From assembly GCA_030141605.1 (NCBI GenBank), contig JAQGDQ010002388.1, forward strand, positions 124,001 through 188,000: 64,000 bases of DNA. Direction: 5' to 3'. This DNA comes from Tubiluchus corallicola. Lineage: Eukaryota > Animalia > Priapulida. The notes below the pieces were generated by a model. That model saw only the letters and a list, made by a program, of their open reading frames with translations, did not search any database and had not been told where the DNA came from. A program made the translations under genes and the position numbers. Below are positions 42,991 to 53,226 of the stretch, in pieces; the first letter of the stretch is position 1, and each line of letters opens with the position of its first letter.

Positions 42991-43091
42991 AATATCCTCA
43001 TATCAATTATCAAACACATAAACACAAAAAGTATCATACCCTCTCATAATGGCACTTATAAAATCATAATTATAAAACCTCAACAGCCGAA

Positions 43092-43120
43092 ATATAGTCA
43101 GGGAAAGTGGAAGTTACAAT
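43092..43120 (-). promoter_or_regulatory. Candidate RpoH-type promoter of dnaK
   Basis: ATTGTA-N16-ACTATAT, close to the alphaproteobacterial RpoH consensus CTTGAA-N15/16-CCTATAT. Confidence 0.45.
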
Positions 43121-43158
43121 CCCCTAAATTAAAAATATCTTAAAATCAAAAACAATCT

Positions 43159-43899
43159 CTATCCTTGATTTTTTTTCGAAACAGCAACACGTGCAGGACG
43201 CAATAAACGATCCCTGATCATATACCCTTCCTCAATAACCTGAACAACCGTTCCTGGAGGATAATCTTTATTTTCAACTTCAAGCATTGCCTCATGGCGG
43301 TTATGATCAAAAGCTTCTCCTAAAGATGAGATTTTCTCAACACCAAAACGCTCCAAACTCTGGCGCATTAAGCGTGCCGTCATTTCAACACCTTCAACAA
43401 GAGAAAAAAAACGCTCCTTAGTAACTGATATCTCTCCTGTATTATTTGAATCTTTATTTCTCTCAACGCTCCCTAAAGCGCGCGAAAGATTATCCAAAAC
43501 ACCTAGCATTTCACGTGCAAATTCTACAATAGCATAACGAGAAGCATCCTCACAGCGCTGTTCCGAACGGCGGCGCAAATTTTCTATATCTGCAGCCATA
43601 CGAACCAAACGATTGTGCATATCTTCATTCTCTAATCGCAATGCCTCTACTTTTGTGCCTTCCAAAGAACTTTTTTCCTCTGTAGGTAGATAATCCTTTT
43701 CATTTTTTAAAAGATCTTCAAGCAAAACATCCGAAGTATCTTTAAGAAACAAATCCTTATCATGCGATAAATTCCCCAAATTCTCCATCACATCAATAAC
43801 AGCATTATCTTCTACTTTTAAAATATCATCTGAAAACTCAGCGCTTTCCTTCTCTATAGAAGAAGAGGTAGCATTAGTACATTTTTTCTCTTCACTCAT
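43159..43899 (-). CDS. grpE: Nucleotide exchange factor GrpE
   Basis: RMAADIENLRRR, FDHNRHEAM, GYMIRDRLLRPARVAVSK. Confidence 0.97.
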   Translation of the reverse strand: MSEEKKCTNATSSSIEKESAEFSDDILKVEDNAVIDVMENLGNLSHDKDLFLKDTSDVLLEDLLKNEKDYLPTEEKSSLEGTKVEALRLENEDMHNRLVRMAADIENLRRRSEQRCEDASRYAIVEFAREMLGVLDNLSRALGSVERNKDSNNTGEISVTKERFFSLVEGVEMTARLMRQSLERFGVEKISSLGEAFDHNRHEAMLEVENKDYPPGTVVQVIEEGYMIRDRLLRPARVAVSKKNQG

Positions 43900-44268
43900 A
43901 TTTTACTCTCAAATCTTAAAACTAAATGATTCAACTTTTAAATCATCTGAAACAAACTATATTCTAAAACTTATCGGGCATTTTGATTTTTACAAGATAC
44001 AAAAGAAAAAAAATAAAAAATCTATGCTATAAAAATATAAAAAGTAGCTTTTAACTTCTATAAAACATTTTTTACCTTTCGAGTAAATTAAGATACCATA
44101 GATATTATAGAAAGCATTTCTTGAAAATTAAATTCCATTAACTCTTTACAATATGAAACACATAAAAAAATGCCTTGCTAAACTTCCCAGTTTAAATAGA
44201 GAACTTAAAAATTATGTAAAAATGGCAAAAACCTATACACAAACAATATAGCCTTTGGAGATTTTCTC

Positions 44269-44877
44269 ATGCCCCTTCTTATTCCCCATCAAAAACTTGT
44301 TATTGCAACGCATAATACAGGGAAAGTAGCTGAAATACAAAGTCTTTTAGACCCTTTTGAAATCACTGTTTTGTCTGCAGCAGATCTTTCTCTTCCAGAG
44401 CCTGTAGAAGATGGAAGAACATTCCAAGAAAATGCCTTGATAAAAGCAAGAGCTGCTGCAAAAACAACGAAACTTCCCGCCTTAGGAGACGATACAGGTT
44501 TAATGATCAATGCTCTTGATGGTGCTCCAGGAATAAATTCCGCTCGATGGATAAAAAATACAGGAAATATTAAAACCGCTTTGGAAAAAATTCTTGAAAA
44601 ACTTCAACATGAAAATAATAGAAGCGCCACCTTTATTTGCGTGCTTGCTCTTTGTATCCCAAATCAAAAATGCATAAGCTTTGAAGGAAGAATAAATGGA
44701 GTAATTACAACAGAAATAAAAGGAAAAAAAGGTTTCGGCTTTGATCCACTTTTTCAGCCAGATGGCTTTTCTATAACGTTTGCAGAAATGTCCTCAGAAC
44801 AAAAATCTTCCATCAGCCATAGGGCTATCGCTTTTCAAAAATTTATAAAAGCCATTTTTATTGAAGATGCTTTTTAA
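44269..44877 (+). CDS. rdgB: Non-canonical purine NTP pyrophosphatase
   Basis: ATHNTGK, DDTGL, APGINSAR, GFGFDPLF, SHR. Confidence 0.97.
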   Translation: MPLLIPHQKLVIATHNTGKVAEIQSLLDPFEITVLSAADLSLPEPVEDGRTFQENALIKARAAAKTTKLPALGDDTGLMINALDGAPGINSARWIKNTGNIKTALEKILEKLQHENNRSATFICVLALCIPNQKCISFEGRINGVITTEIKGKKGFGFDPLFQPDGFSITFAEMSSEQKSSISHRAIAFQKFIKAIFIEDAF

Positions 44878-44897
44878 TATTTTAATAAGGTCTGCCT

Positions 44898-46085
44898 ATG
44901 TCTATAATAAATAAAATAAGCACGCCAGATTGTAAGAAACATACATGCAAAAATATCTCTACAGCAGCATCCGTTTATATTCATTGGCCCTGGTGTAAAA
45001 GTAAATGCCCTTATTGTGATTTTAATAGCTATGTAATTTCTCCTACTCTTTGCCAAAAAGAATGGCGAGAGGCTCTGCTAACAGAATTACGCTATTTCCT
45101 TCATAGTTTTAATATTTCTCGTATTGACACTGTATTTTTTGGAGGTGGAACACCTTCTCTGATAGAGCCAGAAACCATATATGTCCTCTTAAACGAAATG
45201 AAAAATCATGGCCTTTCAAATACTGCTGAAATTACTTTGGAAAGCAATCCTACATCTGTCGAGGTTAAAAAATTTGAATCATTTCAAAAGGCTGGTATTA
45301 ACCGCCTTTCTCTTGGTGTTCAATCCTTAAATGATGCAAGCCTTCACTTCCTTGGTCGCACACATTCAGCTAAAGAAGCAAAAAAAGCATTAGAAATTAC
45401 GGCTTACTGCTTTCCACGATTCTCCTTTGATATGATTTATGCTCTTCCTCATATATCCCTTCACCAATGGAAAAAAGAATTAAATGAAGCTCTATCTTTT
45501 CACCCAAAGCACCTTTCTCTTTATCAACTGACAATAGAGCCCAACACATCTTTTTTTAAGCTAGGGATTGCTCCAGCAAATAATAAAAAAGCCGCAAAAC
45601 TCTATAGGCAAACTCACGAACTTACAAAACACCATAACCTTCTACATTATGAAATTTCTAACTATGCAGTAGCCGGAAATGAAAGCCAACATAACTTGGT
45701 TTATTGGAAAGGAAAAAACTATATTGGTATAGGCCCCGCTGCCCACGGCCGTCTCCCTATGCTAAATAAGATTCCATGGCATATAATGACATATCAAATA
45801 AAAAACCCTTATAAATGGCTAAAATCAGTACAAAAATATAGGCATGGAACCGAAAGTTGTAATCCATTATCTCCTCATAAGCGCAACAGTGAAAAAATTA
45901 TTCTAGGATTAAGACTGTCTGAAGGCGTTCCAATTTCTCTAATACAAGAATATGGTGTCAAAACAGAAAAAATAGCTCAGTTGAAAAAAGAAAATTACAT
46001 AACCTACTATAAAAAAAATATCGCCCTTACTTTAGAAGGGCGATTACGCTTAGATGCCATTACATATTTCCTGCTGTTTGATTAA
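44898..46085 (+). CDS. hemW: Radical SAM heme chaperone HemW
   Basis: YIHWPWCKSKCPYCDFNS, FFGGGTPS, YEISNYA, HNLVYW; follows rdgB. Confidence 0.93.
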   Translation: MSIINKISTPDCKKHTCKNISTAASVYIHWPWCKSKCPYCDFNSYVISPTLCQKEWREALLTELRYFLHSFNISRIDTVFFGGGTPSLIEPETIYVLLNEMKNHGLSNTAEITLESNPTSVEVKKFESFQKAGINRLSLGVQSLNDASLHFLGRTHSAKEAKKALEITAYCFPRFSFDMIYALPHISLHQWKKELNEALSFHPKHLSLYQLTIEPNTSFFKLGIAPANNKKAAKLYRQTHELTKHHNLLHYEISNYAVAGNESQHNLVYWKGKNYIGIGPAAHGRLPMLNKIPWHIMTYQIKNPYKWLKSVQKYRHGTESCNPLSPHKRNSEKIILGLRLSEGVPISLIQEYGVKTEKIAQLKKENYITYYKKNIALTLEGRLRLDAITYFLLFD

Positions 46086-46133
46086 TAGTACTATTCATTA
46101 ATCTTTTATAGATGCTTTCATTTTAATAGTCGC

Positions 46134-46376
46134 TTAATGTAATGTAACTTGTAATCTATTTTTTTCTAATAAAAATTCATCAATCTCATTTTGGCTTTTT
46201 GCAATACAAATTTGTTGCCCGCTTGCAGAAAAAATAATATAAAACCTTTCATTTTCAGCATCATAACAACGAACATACACAATAGTATCAGCACCTAAAT
46301 TTAAAAAACTTTCATCGCTGATATCATTAACTCCATCTTGGCATACCTCTCTATTTACTAAAACATTTGTTTTCAT
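46134..46376 (-). CDS. DUF1150-family small protein
   Basis: FLNLGADTIVYVR, IFSASGQ, C-terminal VTLH; GGAGGG RBS. Confidence 0.7.
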   Translation of the reverse strand: MKTNVLVNREVCQDGVNDISDESFLNLGADTIVYVRCYDAENERFYIIFSASGQQICIAKSQNEIDEFLLEKNRLQVTLH

Positions 46377-46663
46377 TTTGATACCCTCCAAATAGAAGCC
46401 TATTGTAAAATAGCGAATTACACGTTACGTCTCTAATAATTCACTTTAATTGCAATATGAAAAAGCAAAAATCATGCCAAATATGATTGTAATTTACATA
46501 TACATAGCAACGAGTAATAAAAATCTATAGGAAATTGAGAACTAGAAATATAGATGTTTGAAACAAAAGAACTCAGGGATTTTTAGCTTCTTTCAGAGAC
46601 CCGATAGCAAAAATTGAAAAGCGAGTAGAGCGTAGGAAAATAAAGTATAACAACTTTTACACT

Positions 46664-47146
46664 TTAATCTTTTCGACAAAATTCCTGAAAAAAAGATTTT
46701 AGTAGCTTTCCACAACGCCGTTCCTCTAGCCCTCCATAAACCTCGGGTTTATGTAAGCATGTATGATGATCAAAAACACGCGCTCCATGATCAACGCCCC
46801 CCCCTTTTATATCCCAAGCACCAAAATATAAACGCCTAATACGCGCATGTGCAATTGCGCCCGCACACATGGCACATGGTTCTAATGTTACATACAAATC
46901 ACAATCCTCTAAACGATCTTTCTCTAAATAACGACACGCAGATTGCAAAGCAAGAATCTCAGCATGTGCTGTTGGATCTTTCAAAGAGTAAACAAAATTA
47001 TGCGCACGCCCCACTACCAAACCATCATAAAACCGCACAACTAAAGCACCAATAGGAACTTCTTTGAAAGAAAGCCCCTTTTTAGCCTTTTCAATAGCTT
47101 TTTTCATGTAGTTATTATGAGTAGATATTGTATAGTATACCATCAC
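46664..47146 (-). CDS. tadA: tRNA adenosine deaminase
   Basis: EVPIGA, DPTAHAE, TLEPCAMC. Confidence 0.93.
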   Translation of the reverse strand: MMVYYTISTHNNYMKKAIEKAKKGLSFKEVPIGALVVRFYDGLVVGRAHNFVYSLKDPTAHAEILALQSACRYLEKDRLEDCDLYVTLEPCAMCAGAIAHARIRRLYFGAWDIKGGGVDHGARVFDHHTCLHKPEVYGGLEERRCGKLLKSFFQEFCRKD

Positions 47147-47478
47147 ATAAATCCTTATCTAAAAATAATCTAATGAACACTAATTCAAAAAATATTTCTA
47201 AAAATATATATTTAAAATATTATTGAAAAGCTTTTTATAAAGTAGTATTCTTTGAAAATGCATGCTAGAAATAATAATGATTTAAAAGTTGCTATTATAA
47301 TAAATTAAGCTTGCAACTGGGGAGCTTCTTATATGCCACACAAGCAACTATGTTATTAGCATTATAAACATAATTATGATATATACTTTTTGATTAAAGG
47401 GTAATAGTATATTTCGAACACTAGTAAAGCTCTACAATGTTTTATAAGTTTTTTAAAAACTCAAGGAGGCATTTGAGT

Positions 47479-48783
47479 ATGAAAATATATTTTTCTTTAA
47501 AAAAAGCATTTTTTTTAGCTTTATTCACTTCAATCATAATACCGCAATTTTTACAAGCAAAATCTGTTGAAATCACTGTATGGTTTCAAGGAAATGATGA
47601 TGAGATCGTGGAATGGGTAAAGCAAATTAAAGCATTTAATGAGCAACAAAATGAAATTTTCGTCAAATACACTATTATGCCGCATGGTGGATACAACGAA
47701 CAAGTTGGCGCCGCTGCTATGTCAAAAAAGCTTCCTGACATTCTTCAATTAGATGCACCCTTCTTAGCAGGTTACGTTTGGTCCCAATACATCCAACCTA
47801 TTGAACCATATATTAGCACAGATCTTCTCAAAGATATGACACCCTCAAACAAGTCACAAGGTCGTTACCCGGTCGATAACAAGCTCTATGCTATCGGCAT
47901 GTTTGATAGCGCAGTTCTTCTTTATGGGAACAAAAAGTATCTGGAAAAAATTAATGCTAGAATTCCAACTTCTGTTGATGAGCCATGGACACGAAGTGAG
48001 TTTGAAGAATATATGGAAAAGCTCGCTGAACTCCCTGAAATCCTTTGGCCCCTAGACCTACGTCTTGCTTATGGAGTTGGCGAGTGGTACACATATGCAT
48101 TCTCTCCAATGTTCCAATCCATGGGCTGTGATCTCATTAATCGGAAAACATGGACTGCACAAAAAACACTTAATGCTGCACCTTGCATTGAAGCTGCTCA
48201 AATGATGCAAGGCTGGGCAAAAAAAGGATGGATCGCTCCTGCCAGTGCTGGAAGTAGCGTTTTCTTTAATGATGATCGGCAAGTTGCTCTTAAGCTTGGT
48301 GGCAATTGGGGCTATAAAGATGCAGAGCCTTTCCTTAAAGAAGATCTCGTAGCTATGCCCTATCCTAAATTTGGAGGCAAGCATGTCTCTCCTAACGGAA
48401 CATGGATATGGGCGATTACAAAAAGCAGCAAAAACCCAAAAGCCGCTGGAAAATTTATCGAATATCTTGTTAATACAGAAACAATCGCAAACTTTGCTGA
48501 TGCCCGTGCTGCAGTACCAGGCCTTTCTTCCGCTATCAAAATCTCAGAGCTTTATCAAGAGGGTGGAGCTCTTGATATCATCTCTCAACAAGCTGAAAAA
48601 ACCGCTTTTGAAAGACCACCACATCCAGCATACCCAGTAATTACTGTCTCTTTTGCTAATGCAATAAATAACATTCTTAGTGGTGGCAATTCAAAACGAG
48701 AACTAACAAATGCCGCAAAGAAAATTGACGATGATATTGAAGATAATAGCGGCTATCCTCCCTATGTGCATGGAGCACGTTAA
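47479..48783 (+). CDS. Sugar ABC transporter solute-binding protein (CUT1, SBP family 1)
   Basis: Signal peptide, LPDILQLD, RPPHPAYPVIT; AAGGAGG RBS before ATG 47479. Confidence 0.92.
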   Translation: MKIYFSLKKAFFLALFTSIIIPQFLQAKSVEITVWFQGNDDEIVEWVKQIKAFNEQQNEIFVKYTIMPHGGYNEQVGAAAMSKKLPDILQLDAPFLAGYVWSQYIQPIEPYISTDLLKDMTPSNKSQGRYPVDNKLYAIGMFDSAVLLYGNKKYLEKINARIPTSVDEPWTRSEFEEYMEKLAELPEILWPLDLRLAYGVGEWYTYAFSPMFQSMGCDLINRKTWTAQKTLNAAPCIEAAQMMQGWAKKGWIAPASAGSSVFFNDDRQVALKLGGNWGYKDAEPFLKEDLVAMPYPKFGGKHVSPNGTWIWAITKSSKNPKAAGKFIEYLVNTETIANFADARAAVPGLSSAIKISELYQEGGALDIISQQAEKTAFERPPHPAYPVITVSFANAINNILSGGNSKRELTNAAKKIDDDIEDNSGYPPYVHGAR

Positions 48784-48996
48784 GTATTAAATAAACTTTA
48801 AGAAATTAAGCTAGAAATATAAGCATTCTTTATGCTTTTTTACTTGGATTATTGAAAATATGACTTTCATATATAGCTTACAGTAAATTTTTTCTAAATA
48901 ACTTGTTTGCTACCGTTGCTCTAAATAGTATAAGTTGTATTATGCGTTTTAATATGTTAATAAAGCCTATGTAAACTTAAATATTAAGGTCTCAGC

Positions 48997-50283
48997 ATGA
49001 AAATATCATTGTTCTATAAAGCCAATTTAATAATAGGGCTATTTCTGTTTTTATCTGGATTCGCAAATCCAGATAGAACCATAGTTACAATATGGTTACA
49101 AAATCAAGATAAAAATATAACCGACTGGATTACAACAATTCAAGGGTTTAATATACAACAAGAAGATAATATTTTCATTGATTATCGTGTTATTGATTAT
49201 TTAGAAATCGAAAATCGCCTTTTTTCTGCACTCAGAGCAGGGACACTGCCTGATATTATTCAAATCAATGCAAGCTTTCTGAATGAGTATGCACAAAACA
49301 ACTTGTTTACTCCTATTTCTCCTTATATCAGCCCTTACATCATCAATGATATGACTCTTTCAAATAAACAAAAAGGAACCTACCATCTTGATAATGAGCT
49401 TTACGGAATTTCCCTTTTTGAAAGCAGCCCTATTCTTTATGGAAATAAAAAATATCTTGAGGAAATTGACGCTAGAATTCCACAATCTTTAGATGAAGTT
49501 TGGACAACAAGAGAATTTGAAGGCTATATGAGAAAACTCTCTAAAATTCCTGGTGTTTTTGCAGCACTTGATATGCAATTTTACTATCAATTTCCTCACT
49601 GGATTACACATCTCATCTTTCCCATTTTTCAGGCTATGGGGTGTAGAGCAATCAACACAGAGGATGATAAAGTTAGTGGAGCTTTAAATTCAGAGCCTTG
49701 CCTACAAGCAGCTAAAAAAATACAATATTGGAATATTCGAGAATGGATTACACCACTAGATACTATATCAAATATTCTTATTAACCAGAACAGATTTTCT
49801 ACTCTTAAATTCGATAACTATCTAGGAAATCTTAAAATACAAGATTTTCTCTCAGAAGATATCGCTATTATACCTTTTCCTCAATTTGGCGAAGACTATA
49901 TCGCCCCTACTAGCTCATGGTCTTTCGCACTTTCAAAAAACACAAAAAATCCTCAAGCTGCTGGAAAGTTTATCGAACACCTCATTAGGAAAACTAATTT
50001 TGACAACTATGTTGCAGTCCCAGGATTTAAATCTATCATTGAATCCTCTCCTCTTTATCAAAAGGGTGCTCCTTTAAATATCATGGTCCAACAAATTGAA
50101 AAGTCAGTGCCACAAACAACAAGATATGCTCCTTATAAAACCTTCACTTTAATTTTTTCTACACTCCTATCCAATATCTTGTCTGGCAAAAAGCCAGAAA
50201 CAGAGCTCATTTACGCCTCGCAAAAAATTGATGACGCAATTGCTCAATATAGGAGGTTATTTGGTTCTTATCCTAGGTATTGA
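48997..50283 (+). CDS. Second, diverged sugar solute-binding protein (tandem paralog)
   Basis: Colinear with the previous gene (LYGNKKYLE, ARIP.S.DE.WT, KNP.AAGKFIE shared). Confidence 0.85.
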   Translation: MKISLFYKANLIIGLFLFLSGFANPDRTIVTIWLQNQDKNITDWITTIQGFNIQQEDNIFIDYRVIDYLEIENRLFSALRAGTLPDIIQINASFLNEYAQNNLFTPISPYISPYIINDMTLSNKQKGTYHLDNELYGISLFESSPILYGNKKYLEEIDARIPQSLDEVWTTREFEGYMRKLSKIPGVFAALDMQFYYQFPHWITHLIFPIFQAMGCRAINTEDDKVSGALNSEPCLQAAKKIQYWNIREWITPLDTISNILINQNRFSTLKFDNYLGNLKIQDFLSEDIAIIPFPQFGEDYIAPTSSWSFALSKNTKNPQAAGKFIEHLIRKTNFDNYVAVPGFKSIIESSPLYQKGAPLNIMVQQIEKSVPQTTRYAPYKTFTLIFSTLLSNILSGKKPETELIYASQKIDDAIAQYRRLFGSYPRY

Positions 50284-50346
50284 TTTATACACTTTGTAAG
50301 AAATACGCAAACACTAAATAAAAAACACCATTAGGTAATCATAAAC

Positions 50347-51270
50347 ATGCAGCAATCAGTGCCATTTTCAAAAAAGTGGAACAAAATTAAAAATAAAGAT
50401 ACATATCAGCCTATTTTAATGCTTCTTCCCGCTTTTATCTTTATTGCAATTTTTCTGGTTATTCCTTTTTTCTTAGCTTTTTATTTCTCTCTTACAAATG
50501 AACGACTAATTCCAAGACCAATACCAACAAAATTTGTTGGCTTACAGAATTATACCCGAATTCTACAAGATGAGCAATTTTGGATCGCTTTTTGGAATGT
50601 TTGCAGGTTTGCTATCATGGTCATTCCTCTTCAATGCGGCACTGCATTGTTGATGGCAACCCTCATTAATCAAAAAATACCCTGTAAAAATTTCTTTAGA
50701 AGTGCCCTTTTTCTCCCCGCCATGACATCCATGGTCGTTGTTTGTGTTATATGGGGCAGTCTTTTTCAATACCCTAATGGTGTTCTAAACACTATTATCT
50801 CTCTTCTTACATTTGGGCTTGCTGGTAATATTGACTGGCTTCAAAATCCTTCTCTTGCTATGCCCTCAATCGTTCTTCTCTCCGCATGGCAAGGGTATGG
50901 TATCCAGATGATCATATATCTCGCTGGACTCCAAAATATTTCCTTAGAGCTTTATGATGCTGCCAAAATTGACGGTGCAAGCGTGTGGCAGCGCTTCTGG
51001 AATATAACATTTCCAGGGCTTTATAGAACACATATTTTCGTTATCATTACAACAACAATTCAAGCTTTCAAGCTCTTCACTCAGGTTAATATTATGACAC
51101 AAGGCGGTCCTCTTGGCAGCACAAATACCGTCGTTCGATATATATATGTCTCTGGATTTATTGAACAAAAAGTTGGATACGCGGCGGCGGCTTCTATTAT
51201 TTTCTTCTTTTTCGTTCTCATAATTTCAGCCTTCCAGCGCTACATTCTTAAAGATACAAAGTCAACCTAA
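50347..51270 (+). CDS. Sugar ABC permease (MalF-like)
   Basis: FVGLQNY, YLAGLQNI..ELYDAAKIDGA (EAA loop), MTQGGP. Confidence 0.95.
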   Translation: MQQSVPFSKKWNKIKNKDTYQPILMLLPAFIFIAIFLVIPFFLAFYFSLTNERLIPRPIPTKFVGLQNYTRILQDEQFWIAFWNVCRFAIMVIPLQCGTALLMATLINQKIPCKNFFRSALFLPAMTSMVVVCVIWGSLFQYPNGVLNTIISLLTFGLAGNIDWLQNPSLAMPSIVLLSAWQGYGIQMIIYLAGLQNISLELYDAAKIDGASVWQRFWNITFPGLYRTHIFVIITTTIQAFKLFTQVNIMTQGGPLGSTNTVVRYIYVSGFIEQKVGYAAAASIIFFFFVLIISAFQRYILKDTKST

Positions 51271-51283
51271 AAGATAAAAAACT

Positions 51284-52120
51284 ATGAAACAAAACACACT
51301 TAGAAATATTCAGATCATAAGTTTAACCATTATTGTCGTTGTTCTTTGTTCTCCTCTCTTGTTAATGTTCGCCTCAAGCTTAAAAACAAATGAATATGAA
51401 ATTCTTAAAGATTTCGGAAGCCTGAAAGCATTCTACGTCACAGATCCAACATTAAAAAATTTTCATGAACTCCTTCTTTCCGATGTGCTTCCCTTTGGAC
51501 GATACATCATTAATTCCTTTATCATTGTCTCATGTACTGTCTTTGGAGGAATTATCATAAATTCAATGGCTGGATATACTCTTGCAATTGGAAAATTTCC
51601 CTATAAAAATATTATCTTAACATTCCTCATTTCTGTTTATATTATTCCCTTTGAGGCTATTGTAATTCCTCTACTTCTTGTTGTTAACAAAATGGGCATT
51701 ATGGATACGCTTACTGTACAAATTGTCCCTAAAATCGCAAATGCTTTCTTCATATATCTTTTCTATCAATTTTTTATGCTCGTCCCTAAAGATCTTGCGG
51801 AAGCTGCAAAAACAGATGGAGCTTCTTTCTTCCAAACATACTGGCGAATCTATATTCCTCTGTCTATACCAACAATGGCAACTGTTGCTATTCTTCAGGC
51901 TTTAGAGTCTTGGAATGATTACCTCTGGCCTCTCATGGTTGCAAGAGCTGATGAAGCTAGACCTATCTCTATTGGTGTTGCTATGTTTTTTACAGAGCAT
52001 ATCAAATGGGATAAAGCCATGGCTGCTTCTGTACTTATGATGATCCCCATTCTCATCTTATATCTTGTTTTTCAAAGATGGTTCATTCAATCCCTTATGG
52101 GCTCTGCCGTTAAAGGTTAA
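51284..52120 (+). CDS. Sugar ABC permease (MalG-like)
   Basis: DLAEAAKTDGA, WNDYLWPL, FQRWFI...GSAVKG. Confidence 0.95.
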   Translation: MKQNTLRNIQIISLTIIVVVLCSPLLLMFASSLKTNEYEILKDFGSLKAFYVTDPTLKNFHELLLSDVLPFGRYIINSFIIVSCTVFGGIIINSMAGYTLAIGKFPYKNIILTFLISVYIIPFEAIVIPLLLVVNKMGIMDTLTVQIVPKIANAFFIYLFYQFFMLVPKDLAEAAKTDGASFFQTYWRIYIPLSIPTMATVAILQALESWNDYLWPLMVARADEARPISIGVAMFFTEHIKWDKAMAASVLMMIPILILYLVFQRWFIQSLMGSAVKG

Positions 52121-52150
52121 AAAAAATCATAAATATTAAGTGACTGTAAC

Positions 52151-53113
52151 ATGTTTAAACCCACAAATCGATTTCTTTGGGACTTTTGGATTCTGAAAGA
52201 AAATAAAACCTATACTCTTTTTTATTTAACAGCTCCTATAGATCCCAATCCAGAAACACGCCATAGTAACGCAAAAGTAGCCATGGCAACTTCCCAAGAT
52301 CTTAAACATTGGAGTGATAAAGGAATTATCTTTTCACCACCAGATGATGAAAAGCAATGGGATAACAGAACTATATGGACAGGAAGTGTTCTTAAAATCA
52401 ACCCTAATATTCATAATTATAAATATGTCATGATGTATACAGGCACAAATAAAATAGAAAAAGCCACTATGCAGAGAATTGGGCTTGCATTTTCTAATGA
52501 TCTTATAAACTGGTCTAGAAGTAGCGCTAACCCCTTAGAAGTTGATCAACGCTTTTATGCAACTCATAATCCTTATCACTATAATGATACAGCTTGGCGC
52601 GATCCATGGATTTACTTTGATGAAAAAAAGCAAGACTATTCCGCTCTTATTACTGCTGAAAATAAAAACTTCCCACAAGAGCAATCTGGATGTGTTGCTA
52701 TTGCACGATCTAAAGACTTAATAAAATGGCGCTGCTATCCCCCAATTACTCCATTAACTCCTCTGCGGCAAATGGAAGTTCCTTTCATCCATTATCATAA
52801 CAAGCTATATTATTTGTTTGTTAACGCTACTCAGGATTGTGTCTTACCTAACACAGAAATTCCTCGAAAAAGTGGGACATTTTATTTTACGTCTGCTACC
52901 ATTGATAAAGACTATCAGTACAAAGGAATGCTTTATGGTGTCGATTCTCCTATGCCACAACTTTATACACCAAAATTCATTAAAGATCCCCAAGAAAACC
53001 TCGTTATGCTTGCTTGGAAAGGATACGATGAAAATAATAATTTCGGTGGCTATCTGATTGACCCCATCCCTGTAACCTTTTCAGATAAAGGTGCAGTTAT
53101 ATTGAACTTCTAA
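52151..53113 (+). CDS. GH32-like (clan GH-J) beta-fructosidase, catalytic propeller only
   Basis: FLWDFW (nucleophile Asp), WTGS, WRDP, QMEVP (acid/base Glu); no signal peptide; 320 aa. Confidence 0.8.
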   Translation: MFKPTNRFLWDFWILKENKTYTLFYLTAPIDPNPETRHSNAKVAMATSQDLKHWSDKGIIFSPPDDEKQWDNRTIWTGSVLKINPNIHNYKYVMMYTGTNKIEKATMQRIGLAFSNDLINWSRSSANPLEVDQRFYATHNPYHYNDTAWRDPWIYFDEKKQDYSALITAENKNFPQEQSGCVAIARSKDLIKWRCYPPITPLTPLRQMEVPFIHYHNKLYYLFVNATQDCVLPNTEIPRKSGTFYFTSATIDKDYQYKGMLYGVDSPMPQLYTPKFIKDPQENLVMLAWKGYDENNNFGGYLIDPIPVTFSDKGAVILNF

Positions 53114-53226
53114 AAAGAAACATCTGTAGTAGCACTAAATAAATACCATAGATAAAATAATGTAACTAATAATATAAAGATACACATTAGATACTGTGCT
53201 CAACTCAGTAACTAAAGACAGGTAAC

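Noticed and set aside
47357-47384. Second ATAA-N6-TTATG match upstream of the sugar ABC cluster
   Set aside because: Lies in extremely AT-rich promoter DNA, poorer XerD-arm match, about 11 kb from the skew flip
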